Source: Marsupella aquatica | Taxonomy: Eukaryota > Plantae > Marchantiophyta | NCBI GenBank assembly: GCA_973895155.1 | Contig: OZ316897.1 | Location: 20,984,260-21,048,259 of the forward strand | Length of the DNA: 64,000 bases | Reading direction: 5' to 3' | Shown here: positions 47,221-60,286 of the stretch, in pieces | How positions within the stretch are numbered: position 1 is the first letter of the stretch | Layout of the letters: each line of letters begins with the position of its first letter | Made by a program: the position numbers and the translations under genes | Notes under the pieces: model-generated | What the model was told of the DNA's origin: nothing | The model's input: only the letters and a program-made list of their open reading frames with translations | Database searches by the model: none

Positions 47221-50200
47221 TTACCCTTCAGAATCGTTGAGTCGACTTCTCGTAACCATAATCCTGTGTTTCCTTGTTAACCATTCTTCCAAGGCATCCT
47301 TGGCTACAGTAAGCCGCCCAAAATTCGTAGGCTTTCTCGCCAATATAGCGTCTGTGGACATACTCTTTTTCCTGGTATAGATGCCAGTGTCGGAAGATCT
47401 CTGAGCAGCCATTGGTGGACTTGTACCAAGAGGTAAGTTTTTTTCTAATGTACAGTCTGCATCTGTAGATCGGTGGTCTGCTTCTAAACCACCTTCAACG
47501 ACATGGTCTTCGCTGAACATCTGGGGTGGGACTTCATGCATTGTACGACTTTCACTTGAACCAAACATGACTGGCAGACGGAGTTCCTTTTCAAGAACAT
47601 GCAAAACAGCCTGGCGGATGATAGGCAATCCTGGGATTTCACTTCGCTTTCCTACTCCAGTGATAATCACTAGATCATCACTCACACCATAACCTGCACA
47701 ATTGATCGGTTGATTACAGTCTCGAATAACGTCGCACTTAGCAAAGGGCAATACCAATGGAGACTCCTCAAAGATTGAAAAGATCATAATTAGAAACGAA
47801 GCATACCTTGGTTGTGGCGTTCCTTGATAATCCGCAAAACTGCCAACACTGCAACTCGAGCCTCCCCCTGCATTGGCATTACCACTACGTGAGCCAGCTT
47901 GTGCATGTATCGCCTACCAGAAACAAATCCCATCCACTTTCCATTGTTTGGTTGCTCTATCTACGACTGTTCATCATGCACGATTACAACCTTTGTAGCA
48001 TTGACAACGGAATTACGTAAGGGCTTTCATTATCTGGTGATAAGGAGGCAAGCTGATAGATGTTCATCATGCACGATTACAACCTTTGTAGCATTGACAA
48101 CGGAATTACGTAAGGGCTTTCATTATCTGGTGATAAGGAGGCAAGCTGATAGATGCAGCTCCCTTGGCACCCAAACGTCAGGAAAAGGGGCCTGCAGACT
48201 TTAACGGAGTATTTTGTTCACTACCGTTGGTTTTAGCAAGGGACCCTGAATCAATTTGAGCCATCGTAAAAATCACCGGTTGCTAGATCTTATTCAGGGG
48301 AGTGATTGACCGTATTGAGAGATATGTAGGGCCGACGGTGATTCTAGGAAGTCTCACAGGAGTGCTCACCCTTGAGAGTCCATGCAGGTCAATCATCAGA
48401 TCTGGGACTGCTTCGAGCTCCTGGGCATGCACTCCCACTCGTTTCAATACTATCTTCAAGTATTCGGAGAAACCAGCTGATATCTCATTCTGGAATTTGA
48501 GAGAAAAGCGGGCACTTTTTTCCCCTTTACCACCATCTTCAATCGCAATTTCTGCCCACTGTGCCAGCAACACCCTCAAGAAGCCATCGTTTGGTGCATA
48601 TCTGCATTCACAAGAGATAGCTTTGGGGTTTAGCTTACTTCTCAATTCCCAGCCCCGACGTCTGGGAACCTTCGAGGACCATAGTTGTAACCAGAACTGG
48701 GCCATTCCAAACATGACTGACAGGAACGAACCACTGCTTTGAGAACTTTCTTGGGATTATACAACCACAAACAGCAAGTAACGGTCAAGCAGTTGATACC
48801 ACAAAAGTCCATAACAAACTGCATCTCTCACTCTCTGTTAGAACGCAGGCGCCCGACCATCAATGCTAACGATGAGGAACTTACCCGGCTTGACGCATCT
48901 CTTCATACAAAGCAAGTGCACGCTGGAGCTCACAGAGCTTTTGACAAGAGCGTTGAGCCCTGAAGAGTGTATAGTAGGTAACCTACAACAAATATTGCAG
49001 AAACCAATACAGCAAGAATAAACCACAAAATTAGAAACAACCAACCTTCCAGTTAACTGACTTTCACGAGTAGAATCAACTCCCGTCTGGAGTACCTTCA
49101 CTCCTAACATTACGTCTATCAGTTCCCCCTTATAGACGTTGTTCATATTCGAAGTTGACCTAGATTAACTAGTAGTACAATCGATATCTCCGGATAATGT
49201 CAAACATAAATTAGATATACAGATATTATCATTTTCGGTCATAACAACAGAGGAGCTCACCTTATTGGGCCGTAAGCCAGCCTCCTTCAACTGTCTGAAG
49301 TACTCGAATGCCATATCAGCATCTCCTGCCTCCACCGAAGCCTACTGACCATTGCCACCGCAAGTATATGAGACAATATTTACACCTTTTGACCCTACCA
49401 CCTCTTTGTGAAGCACCAGCCGCACATGTACAAAAAGGAGATTTCCTTACGACTTGCTAACGACCTTACGGCTACAAATTTCTTCTCACAACTTACAATC
49501 AAACGCAATCAAACCAAGCAGATGAACACCGAAGGAGACGAGGGGGTAATAATTAATGAAAACCGTGAGGCGATCAAAGGGAGAACATTCCCGACGTTTT
49601 CCATGAGCATTTATGCAAGGAAAAGGTTGTACTCACTTTGATTATGGATGTGTAGGCAATAAGATCTGGCGTGATCCCATTTTCCTTCATATTGTTAAAA
49701 AGCTGTAACCCATGATCAACAAAGCTGTATTATACTCCTGCTTCTTTAGGGCAAAACTGGCAAAACTGGGGACGGTATTTTCGTGGCAAGACAATCTATA
49801 CGTGTACATATCAAACTGGGAGAGATTTTAGCAAACGCGATGGACTGGGAAGACAAAGGTCCGCCGATGAGTACTGCTGCCAAGCAGATTGCCCTTGTTG
49901 GCCAATTGCAAAGGAGAAGCAGGGGGAGGTCTGAAAAAATGAATCAATCAATCAAATTATAAGCTGAGTAAGCTTACATTGATCGCCTCGTTCAGATCCC
50001 CTTTACTCCCATAAGAATCAATGTAAGTTGACCAACTTGTCAGATCAGGAGTCAGGCCAGCTGCCACTATATCAGACATGATCTGCTTTGCCATAATGGG
50101 ATCCTCCACACAGGACTTCATCAAAGTATTATATGTTACAAGATTCGGCTTTAAGAGAGGCATCATCCTGGATGAATTCTTAGTCGCAGTCGGACAAACA

Positions 50201-53200
50201 GATCTTTCCCCATCAGAGTCTAATTCTCGAATTTCGCCAGCAGACGACCTACTGTCTGAGACTGACTCGCTTAGCTCTGACTCCCTGTATGCAGAAATTT
50301 GCCCATTTTCTTTCCACTCGTTGAATATTTGAAAGGCTCTTTCATGCTGGCTCCCCTTGCAACAAGCATTGATGAGCAGATTGTAAGTTTGCTCATTTGG
50401 AGGACAGCCCGCGAACCACATCTCGTTGAAGAGACTAAATGCTTGGTCAACCATTCCCACATTTGCACACGCGCCGATCAATGCTGTCCACGTCATCACA
50501 TTGGGGACAACACCGGAAGCCGTCATGTCTTCCTTCACCTTCAGGGCTAGTTCCCACATTTTTGCATCCCCAAAAATCTGCCGACACCCATCAGATTCCA
50601 CAATCACTCAACCAGAAGTTGTGAATAATTTGTGTAAGGACTTAATAACACTCAAATTGACCCAAAACTTCAGCCTTCTGTGCAAAGCATCATAATGAGT
50701 GACTGGAGAATTCACTTGTCCTGTGTAAGGAAAATACAAAAAGTCTCAGAGAGTCTGGTCTTCGACGATACATCAATGATGGTTGTGTAAGTGAAAAGGT
50801 CCAGCTTCAAGCTGTTCGAGGCTGCACGGCTCTCCATGTCGTTGTACAAAGATTTCGCCTTTTCATGGTTTTTTGATAGACCGCAGGACTTTAACATAAT
50901 GTTGAACGTAGCCAAATCAGGTTCCACACCCAAAGTCTGTGATAAGCAGCAGGATACGTTAAGAGCAAGGACAAGGTGGTCGACTGAGATCAAGAATACA
51001 AGTCTTAAGTGAAATGCACATTCTATGTGACAGATAACGCATGCATGCCGTGTTAGGGGTGCTCACCTGCATGTCGAGATACAATTGCCACACTTCATCT
51101 GTATCCTCGGCACGCACATTCATGAAGCTATTGCAAACGTACACATTGGGGATGCTTCCCGAGGACAAAATGTCCTGAAACATTGGAAGCAGGGAAAAGA
51201 AAGTTCAATTTACTGCACCTGACATGGACGACACAGCACAGCAGTTCTTGGCTACAATTAAAACCCATGGCATTCACAAATATTTACCAGTAGAAGTCCA
51301 GCAGGTAAATATGCTTCCCAATCTCTCTACAGAGGACACAGAATAAAGCTTCAGGACCGAGTTGGCAACTCATACCTCGAAAACAGAAACAGCCTTAGCA
51401 ATCTCCCCATGTTGAGCACAGGCGTCAATCAGACTTCTGTACGAATACATGTCTGCTTGGATGCCAGACTCTCTCATCGTGCTAAAAGCAGTCAAGACAG
51501 ATTCTAAGTCACCATGCTGGCTAAATTCATGCATAATAAAGTTGTAGTGCAGGTTCACCATCGGTAATAGTCGAGCATATCTGCAAAATCGTACAAAACG
51601 ATAAGACCAAGCTGGCGATGGACCTTCAAATTTTCAAGTGGGGTGGTTGTGGTAGACCCTCCGCAAGGCTAGACATTCTTGAAACCGAACAACAACAAAT
51701 TCAGCCATTCCTAATGATGCCAGCCCAGTGATATTTAGGATGGGCTATCAATATTCTTGTGAAGAAAGGACAGAAGCTTGAAAGTAGTTCTACGACTCTC
51801 ATAATGCCTTCACCACACCGTATATTGCAAAACTAGGGACACATTGCAACTCAGGATTAAAGGAGAAGTTTTAGTTGATGAATGATCCAGACTGCACTTT
51901 GGCTACCTGATTGCGGAACAAGCGATCAAAAAACCTCAGATAGTCTGGTTCATGCATGTTGTTAGTATCTAGAAATTCTCTGGTCTGTAGCGAGACCGAC
52001 TCCTGGCTACCACCCATATGTGTTGCACAGAAGTCCCTTCGAAGCGAAACTTACGGAATCAATGAGGCGGAACCCAATCAACGTGAATCTAGCAACATGA
52101 AGGCATCTGGCCAACTTATCTGCTGGCACTTGAGAAAGGAAATACGTCATTGGATCAGACGCTACAAGAGTAGCAAGGGATATAGTAGGGTAACGAGGGA
52201 AGACGAGGTGGGGTGGGGATTGAAGCCAGTAGGTTTTGTACTGGATTCTGTTACCAGTCACAGGGAGGGTGGGGATAGGAAGAAAGTAGATTTTGTACCG
52301 GATTTGGTCATTGGTCAGGTGGAATTGATTCAAGGTTTCTCCTCCAACATTAGGCCCTCACAATAGCTCCAACGGCTTCCTCAGAGGTGACATTCCCTCT
52401 CGAGAGTCCTACGTACTTCCATTGCAAAGCCTTGTAGACCCCCTTGTGCATTTCCTCGTGAGAAAGGCCCGCGGTCTTTGCTGAGGTGTTTTGTCTAGTT
52501 TTCAATCTATTGTGTACTTGTCGGATGACTTATTTTAAAAGTTTATACCATTGTTTTTATCCGGCTCATAACCCAATTCCAAGACCGTGTTTGCTTGTAT
52601 CCAAGTTTTTGCAGAATCGCAAAGAACTCCACGATGTTGGTTTGCCACAACCACGCAGAGAAAGCAGGTTTTCGGTCTAAAGGATAAAGAGAAGTTGTCA
52701 CCTCTGAGGAAGACGTTGGCAGCAAACCCATTCAAACGAAAACGTGAGGACCCACTATTGAGCAAGAGCACAGTGAAGAGATGCCAACAGCGGCGATAGA
52801 ACAATTTAGACAGGTTTACAACTGAAAGGGAGCAATGTCAACTAGTAGAACTCACTTGGACCATGGCAAAGAGGAAAGCGAATATGCATCTTCCAGCTAT
52901 TCTAGGCAGAAAAACGATAATCGTTCAGATGGAAAGGAAATTCCAAGGAAGATGCGAGCAGTAACATTCCACAGCAAGGTGTTCTTCGAGAGTGGAGAAA
53001 TTGAAGATCTTCCTGGAGATTCAGATGAAAAGGCAATCAGGATATCTAGCTCTGACATTAAAGAGGAAAATGATCTGCCTAATACGGACACTTCTCACCA
53101 CTTCTTCCGTTGGGAGGGCTTACAATCTCACGAATCTCAATCCGAAATTGAGAGAACAGCCGGAATAGCAGGTGATGAGGATACCAAAGCCGAGGACGAA

Positions 53201-55671
53201 AGACTTGTTTCCGGAGATGAACAACAACAGATTGAAGTCAGGTTTTCTAAGTTACACCTCCTGTCAAATAATTCTCCTCCAGGAAGTCGTAGTCCACCAT
53301 TGGAGGATGTGCATGATGTCCAACCATTAGATGTCAGGACAGCAGGCTTGAATCTACGAAAGCTGTTTTGCGGGTTGCCTTGTCAACTGAAGAGGAAGTC
53401 TAGAGAACCCTTGTCTCCTGAAATCACTGGCATGACACAAGGGATTCCAGATATAAGTGAAGTACCAACACCTCCAGCATTCCACGGATCCATTTCCTAT
53501 GACTTTCCAGCAATGGGCATCAGCTGTGATTTGATCAAAGTGAAAGAAGACGATCCTGGACCAAGCAGGTCTTCACCGAAGAAATTGTATCATGTGGTTC
53601 AGCATTGAGTTTCCAGAGAAACTGTCAGAAGATTAAGAATTTCTCACTTTGCTGATTTGTCAAAGAAGACTAGCGCTGAGTAGTTTTTACGTACTTCGCG
53701 TGAGTCTTCTTTCAATACGGAGAGCAAATCTAATCGCCCGGTTGTGTGCATAGTTAACGGACTTCTTTAAAAGACTAGATTCCAATAAAACTTGATCGTT
53801 GGCATTTCTCAATTGCGTTTGAGAACCTTTTCGTAAATTTCTTTATTTGTTTTCCTGGAGACCTGATCTCTCTATGCATGTCTTAACTACATGGCATCCA
53901 ACCGGTTTTGTTGAATGATCTGGATATTTGCAAGAGCTTAAAAGGCATTGCAATGTTTCTTGCAAGTGTATTCAAAGAAGCTGTTGATTGCTCTTTTATA
54001 TGACAAAAGTAACTGGGGTTACACAAAGCTATCACATCAGAGAGGAAACTGACAAGTAAAAGCTGCCCAGATTATTTCAGCACTTCCGGGAAATAACTGG
54101 GTTACTTCAGATTATTACGGGGAATCGTGACTGGGTGGATTCTTCAGTGGGTAAGTTCTGTAGCTCACACTGCTTGGGAATCTTTCCACTACCAGGCATC
54201 CTATTTCTCTAACTCCTTCCCATGTATAGAAGTCCCATCCATGTTCGGTATTTGTCTTGATCACTTTTTAATTTCTATTCATCCTTTTCAGTGAAAATCA
54301 AGTGTCAAGACGGTGTGCTATAGATCAAACACTGTGAGAACAGGTAATTAGAAACCGACATCAGATCTAATGGATACCTGATTGCCGCATCCACGTTACG
54401 GACTTTCGCACACGCTCTGATCACTTCTTGTACATCCAAGAACCTCCGAGCGCTAAATCCACACTCTAGTATACGCCAGCGATGTTCATAAATCAGTCCA
54501 CGACAAAATATAGGGAGAAGAGCATTCAACGATTTCTGGTGCAACTAGTTAGAGAAACGGTCAGTGCTCATTGCATCGACTTCTTTACCGAATATCACTT
54601 TACCAAAAACCGTGAGACAGCATAAATTCCTGTGATATTATCATAGACTATACTCCTGATGTCTTTCGCTCATACGTAACAGTTTCAAGCATTAACTAGA
54701 ATTGCTGACCCCTAAAACCTATTTTTATAAATTTACAAAATCCCATCTACCTAAGGTTCTGGGCATAGCAAAAATTGTAAAATTGTAAGAACGAAGAAAC
54801 CCTCTGAGGCGCTGTAAATCATAATTTGAATCCATCTTACCGGCGAAGCAAAAACTTATTGCCAAGCATCTTATTTAATAATTCTCTCAACTAAGTCCAA
54901 ACATTGCATGAACAAAGGTCGGATTTATCAAGGCATGGACAAAAACTCGAAAAGCTCTCAACAAAAGTGCCCCACGTACTTATACACTCGTGAAACTTAT
55001 GTAGTAGGCAGCAGTCTTCCTCGGTAATCCACGAGTCCAAATGCCAAACAACGTCAACACTCACCTGAAAGGGTAGTGAGTAGTTGGACACACTTAACCA
55101 CCTCACCCTGCCGCAACAGTTTCCGGCATTCTCCAGGCATCATGGCCATTGCTTCGCTTTCCACAAACTGCAACGGGACGAAGCCGGCAGTATGCAACTG
55201 ATGCACGAATTGTGCGAAGGTGTCCAGATGCCCTCTTCGAAGAGAACCTCTAATGGCGGCTTGGACGTCAGTCCTCTCCACTGTAGGCACGAAAGAGAGC
55301 CGATCAATTCCTGCGTCTACCAGCATAGCAACTAGGGCTGCCATCTCCACCAAGTGCCCTTCTGTTGCAAGCCTGTCGACCAGTTTGGTGTAGGGCTGTG
55401 ATCGTGGACTCTCTTTCGAAGAGATGTCCTCCTTCAGTACCTCGGCTGAGACCAATTTAAAGTCGGCCAGAGACAAAGTACTGAGGCGCAAATCGTGGGC
55501 TGGAGGGCGAGGGGCAGCGACCCATTTCTTGACGAAATTCTTCGACTTCGGCGGGACGGACACGGAACGTGCCTCCAAATTGTGCTTCAGTGGCGAGAAG
55601 CTGCTCCCCTGTGCTGCGGAAGTTTGTGCCAGAATTGCGCAGCTGAAGACCCGAACGAGCGCCATGACCAT
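47221..55671 (-). CDS. P-class PPR protein with C-terminal SMR-like domain, At5g02830-like, probably plastid-targeted; multi-exon
   Basis: Exons include 55671-55065, 54465-54378, 51580-51376 and 51174-51067, ending at 47221. Sequence: AIRYARLLP, PNVYVCNSFMNV, LKLDLFTYTTII, FGDAKMWELALKVKEDMTASGVVPNVMTWTALIGACANVGMVDQA, LMIDLHGLSR/EARVAVLAVLRIIKE/DDLVIITGVG. Confidence 0.92.
47968..48153. repeat. Perfect 93-bp tandem duplication in a PPR intron
   Basis: TGTTCATCATGCACGATTAC...GCTGATAGA at 47968 and 48061. Confidence 0.95.
52835..53608 (+). CDS. 257-aa acidic, S/P-rich orphan ORF nested antisense in PPR intron 2
   Basis: Long ATG-initiated ORF inside intron 51581-54377, with AATAAA at 53784. 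No family recognised. Confidence 0.55.
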   Translation: MSTSRTHLDHGKEESEYASSSYSRQKNDNRSDGKEIPRKMRAVTFHSKVFFESGEIEDLPGDSDEKAIRISSSDIKEENDLPNTDTSHHFFRWEGLQSHESQSEIERTAGIAGDEDTKAEDERLVSGDEQQQIEVRFSKLHLLSNNSPPGSRSPPLEDVHDVQPLDVRTAGLNLRKLFCGLPCQLKRKSREPLSPEITGMTQGIPDISEVPTPPAFHGSISYDFPAMGISCDLIKVKEDDPGPSRSSPKKLYHVVQH

Positions 55672-56696
55672 TCATTCCAGTCCGACTAGTCCTACTCAGA
55701 GAGGCACGGGAAAATGCAGCGCTCAAACCTGCCTCTCGTCCTCATCGAGGTCATCCAAAACCCAACCTGAAACTGCATAGTAATCCTCTGTTCATCCCCT
55801 TTTGTCCGCACCACACAACACCTTCCACTTAGCTCCATCAGTTTACATGGCATTGATACATTGGCAGTAGAATCACAATTCAATCCAATTCTCGTAAACT
55901 TTTCGCCAGTGCAATGCTCTCTCCCTGTTTCAGTTCTCTGCATATTTAGGAGAATTCGTCTACTCTGCAGCGAATACACTTCCAGTGCCGTCTTCAATCT
56001 TCCATTTGGTAGACTTGATGCTGAGGGACAAAACAAGTCTTCCAGCTCTCGGACCAATCTCTCTCTGGTTTGTTGGCCACTTACATTAGCTCACTGGACG
56101 GAATGCACAGAAGAGAAATCTTCCGAGTCTTCGGAGTCTTCGAGTGATGGCTCAGCCTTACTTTGGTGCCAACTCTCGACTCATTTTCAAGGCGAAATTC
56201 CGCCTTTGATGTCGATCAACAGAAAAATGCCTCTGAACATCAGCGAGTTCGATGATAGTGTACAGTGATCTGAGACATCTCCCTCTGGATCAGATGAGCA
56301 GAAGGAAGTCTGGATTATATGTACTGTATCCTTTTGCCCGGGTAACACTCGATTCGCACCGTTTTGGGGAAAGTGATTCTAGGATGGGCCACTCCCATGA
56401 AATTTGTAGCCTGGATGTACCAGATCACTCCTGACCATAAGTGTCAAGATGTTTTTTACAAAGGCAAAGCAGCAACCTATCTGACTAAAAAGTGGTCCTT
56501 CCGGGCATTCATTTTGTCAAACCTTTAGGTTCAGTTTAGGTTCAGGTTACCCATGTATAACCATTTTTGAAGGTATTTGTTATTCTCATAATCTCTTCTC
56601 TGATAATGACGGCCTGCTGTACATCCATGATATAGCATTATAGCATACTCATCCTCGAACATGCTTGAGTTTTTGTCTTGTAGTGATAAATAAAAT

Positions 56697-57130
56697 ATGA
56701 GAACATAGCTAGAAGGATTTGTGCACAGTGACCAATGAAAAGTATAATCAAGGATGGTATTATGTGTGCACTTAATTCAATGTACTCATGAATGACACCC
56801 ATTTTAATAAAAACCATAAACTTAGGAAAGAAAGACATGAGGAGAACTTAAGACACAATCAGAATCATTTCTCTCATACATGAGAATGTTCCAGTGATGG
56901 AGCAGTTTATTTCATCTCTAATAAATCACAAACCTTAAAATTTATAAGGGGGCTGCCAAAATATGTTCAAAATACTTTACAATACTACAAATTAATGGGG
57001 TCCATAAATTAATTAAAAATGTATATGATACACAGGCTGCCCCTTCATAAGGCACATTGAAATACAAATATATGACACCAAAACTCTGAATAAGACAAAA
57101 TCTGAAAGGTGTATTCACCATTATAGCAGT
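56697..57130 (-). repeat. Dispersed repeat, copy 2 (inverted relative to 11185-11618)
   Basis: Reverse-complement similarity to 11185-11618 across ~430 bp. Confidence 0.85.
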
Positions 57131-57519
57131 TTCAAAAAGTTTCTTGACATGCCTAATCACTTCTGATTCTAAGCAAGTCTAAGCAACTACTCAACCTAAT
57201 TAATTTCTTACCTTCATTAAAAAATTGGCAGTCAAAAAATCAAATCTATCCCCACTACCCGACCCTCCCATACACCCCATTTGCCATGAGGTCCCACTAC
57301 TACTCAACTTCATTTTATTCAGTCAACAAATTTATGACTCTCTTGCCTTGCAGCTACACTCTCCAGTCTCCCTAGCCCTTCCTCTGGCTCCCCATCACCA
57401 GTCTGTGAAGCTCATGTAAATGTTCTGCTCAGGTGGGAGAGTCGTGAGATGAATTCATGAAGAGAGAGGTGGGTGTAGTTGCAATGGGAGCATGGCGGTG
57501 CCTGGCTGGCCAGCAGTTC

Positions 57520-57677
57520 AGCTTATCCACCAAGGGTTAGGCCATGGATATTTGGTGCATTAGCCTGGGTAATATATGTAACCTGTGTATGATTTGCTGG
57601 TTGATAATTAAACTAGTTAATTTTGGGGCATAGCTTATCCACCAAGGGTTAGGCCATGGATATTTGGTGGATTAGCC
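57520..57677. repeat. 46-bp direct repeat, 2 copies 112 bp apart
   Basis: AGCTTATCCACCAAGGGTTAGGCCATGGATATTTGGTG(C/G)ATTAGCC at 57520 and 57632. Confidence 0.85.
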
Positions 57678-60031
57678 ATTTCATGGCTCCATTTGCAAAT
57701 GAAAAATGAAATTAAATCAAAATGAAATTAGACATAAGGGTCCGGCTAAAACTTTTGTTGACTGAGGTTGGTTAGAGCAACGGAATGAAGACCCAAGGAA
57801 CTAGGGCCAGAGTGGGCTATGAGACTCAAAAAACATGGCTCGAGAATTGGAAATTGCAATATTTATGGAGAGATTCTAAATTATTAATAATTTTGTAGGC
57901 GAAAACTGGGCTGGTTTTCCAGCCTTGATTCATTGGAGCAAGCTATGGCAAATTTTAGGGGTTTTTTGGGCTGTGTACGGAAAACCAAACTCAAAAGAAA
58001 GGGCACTGGGTGTGGGACTGTCCGACAGGTCAGGGCACTTTGGACAAAAAGAAGGCAAAGGAGATGTTATAGCCTTTGGGGCCGCACTCCAAGGAAGGTC
58101 TCATATCACGCGCAAGGTTTTCAAGTAATTAGTTCGTGGACGCCTTGACTAATTGATAGCCTAGTTATCACAAACAGTTTTCAAAATCAGGCCTTTTTGG
58201 TACATGCTACCAAATTCTCAAGTTACGAGAATCAAAATTCAATTTGTGACATTTGCAATTAGATGAATGTCTGATCAAATGAATTGTTTCAGTTCGTTGA
58301 GTGTTCAAGTTTGGACCATGGTTAGCAGTTTATCTTAATTGCAAAGGGCCGAAAATCTTACTCCAGGTGCCAATTACCCTTTGACAAGGAAGTTATCAAG
58401 TTAGTTATTAGTCATTATTTATTATGAAAAACATTTTTTATAAATCTTTGAATTTAAGTTTTAAAATTGGAAATGTAACTAAAACAGTTACATAGTGATA
58501 GTTTTAACCGTCTTGCTATTTACATTTCTAATTTTTTACTTTTTTTAGACGGCATGGCATCCCCAAATTTACACTCAAATTGACACAAACACGAATAAAA
58601 ACTATAAGTTTGATTCACAAAACTGATGAGTCTTGTTTGTTACGATTGTTGTTGACGTGGCACAATCTGGTGCCAGGAATTTTGGAAAGGACCTCTAGTG
58701 GGGTCCGTAATAAACACTCTCAAACTTAAAGAAAAAAAGTAAATTTTAATTTTTATTAAGTCCTAAAATTCTGGAATTTTCTAGGAATATTTTCACATTT
58801 GGTATTAGAAAACCCTAATAGTTCTTATAATTCTCAAAATTGGATTAAACGCCATTATAGTTATTCAACAAAAAAAATGAAGTTTTTTCGTGCGATTGAA
58901 TTTTAAAAACCCTAACTTCTTTGTGCGCAATGGGTGGGAACAAAAGAAGTGAGGATGCCTGGATTATAGCCTCTCCAATAGAAAGTATACTGTGGCTGGG
59001 TTCATGACATTAGGGGCACTTGTGAATTTTTTAAAGCTAAAGCAATCGGCAAAAGGTGAACTTCTTGTTGTGAACATAGACTCTAGAGCAAAAATTATTT
59101 GAAATGAAGTTCAATAAATTCAAGGTTGTTGAATGAAGGGGCCAAAGTTTGCAAATTGGATCATTGGAGGTGGACCAAAATAACATTTCAAATCAAAATT
59201 TCTTGGGCCCACTACTTGTCACCTAGGACTCTAGACATCATACGTGAAAGAGCCCTATAGCCCTAAACCAGAAGCCCACCATAACCCTACAAAGCCAACT
59301 ACAGTAATTTCCACTTATTATACAGCCCACATCTACAATTATAATAGGCAATCCTGCCATTTTCATCCTTCATCCCATTACAAAATTCAATATCAGTGAG
59401 AATCAAAACTGGCCGTTAGATATTTGAGTGAATTTATTGTATTTGTTTCATTCACTTGCAAGGACTTCCACTCCCGACAACACCATCTGGTCCCTCTATG
59501 CCTGCCTCGCGAATATGTGCCTTGCAAATACGTGCCTCGCACCAGACCCTCATGTCGTGCCTTGCGTCAGACCCTTGTGTCGTCATCAATGAGGGGATAA
59601 CGATGCCTCATCGTTCCCCCTCCCCTCCATGCCTCATCATTCCCTCCCTCCCTCCCTCGCAAATGCTTCCCCCATGCCTCCGTCGGTACATCCCCTACCC
59701 TCCCCTTGGTGCCTCATCATTTTCTCCCTCCCTCGCTAATGCTCCCCCCTTGTCTCCGTCAGTCCGTCACCTCCCCTCCCCTCCATGCCTCATCATTCAC
59801 TCCCTCCCTGGTGAACCCCCCCCCCCCCCCCCCCCCTCGCAAATGCTCCCACCTATATTGGCTGGCCTTCCTTGCAGAGTGCAACTGGCATAGGGCTAGT
59901 TTAATCATAAAAGATATCAAAAGAAAGCTACAGTACCTCGATCTCTTGTAAAACCACCCTTACAATCACCTAAGGGCGATTATGAGCCAGAACACCCTAT
60001 TGACCGCACTCTTATTAACCGTGGCTATGCA

Positions 60032-60039
60032 AAACCCTA
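60032..60039 (+). promoter_or_regulatory. Telo-box in the MAK16 promoter
   Basis: AAACCCTA ~250 bp upstream of the ATG of a ribosome-biogenesis gene, the usual context for this element. Confidence 0.55.
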
Positions 60040-60286
60040 TATTTCTCGTGCGATTAGGTCTCACGGGGTTTTGGATGTGCTAGAGGGAGCTTCGGAAAAG
60101 AGGTCGAGAAACTGGGCAAAACCTTTCCGGAGGCCAACTGACTCCAAAGAGATGGCCGATCTTTGGGTTTTCATCGCTTGCTGACAGTTCAGATGTCTTC
60201 CGCGAATTGAACCTCAACGCTTCACTGCTCTGAAATTTCCTCAGGCTTCCAAGCTTGCGTTAGCGCAAGCGTGACGGAGAGAAGCC

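Noticed and set aside
59456-59951. Proline-rich ORFs
   Set aside because: They arise from C/T-rich low-complexity sequence with a poly-C run.
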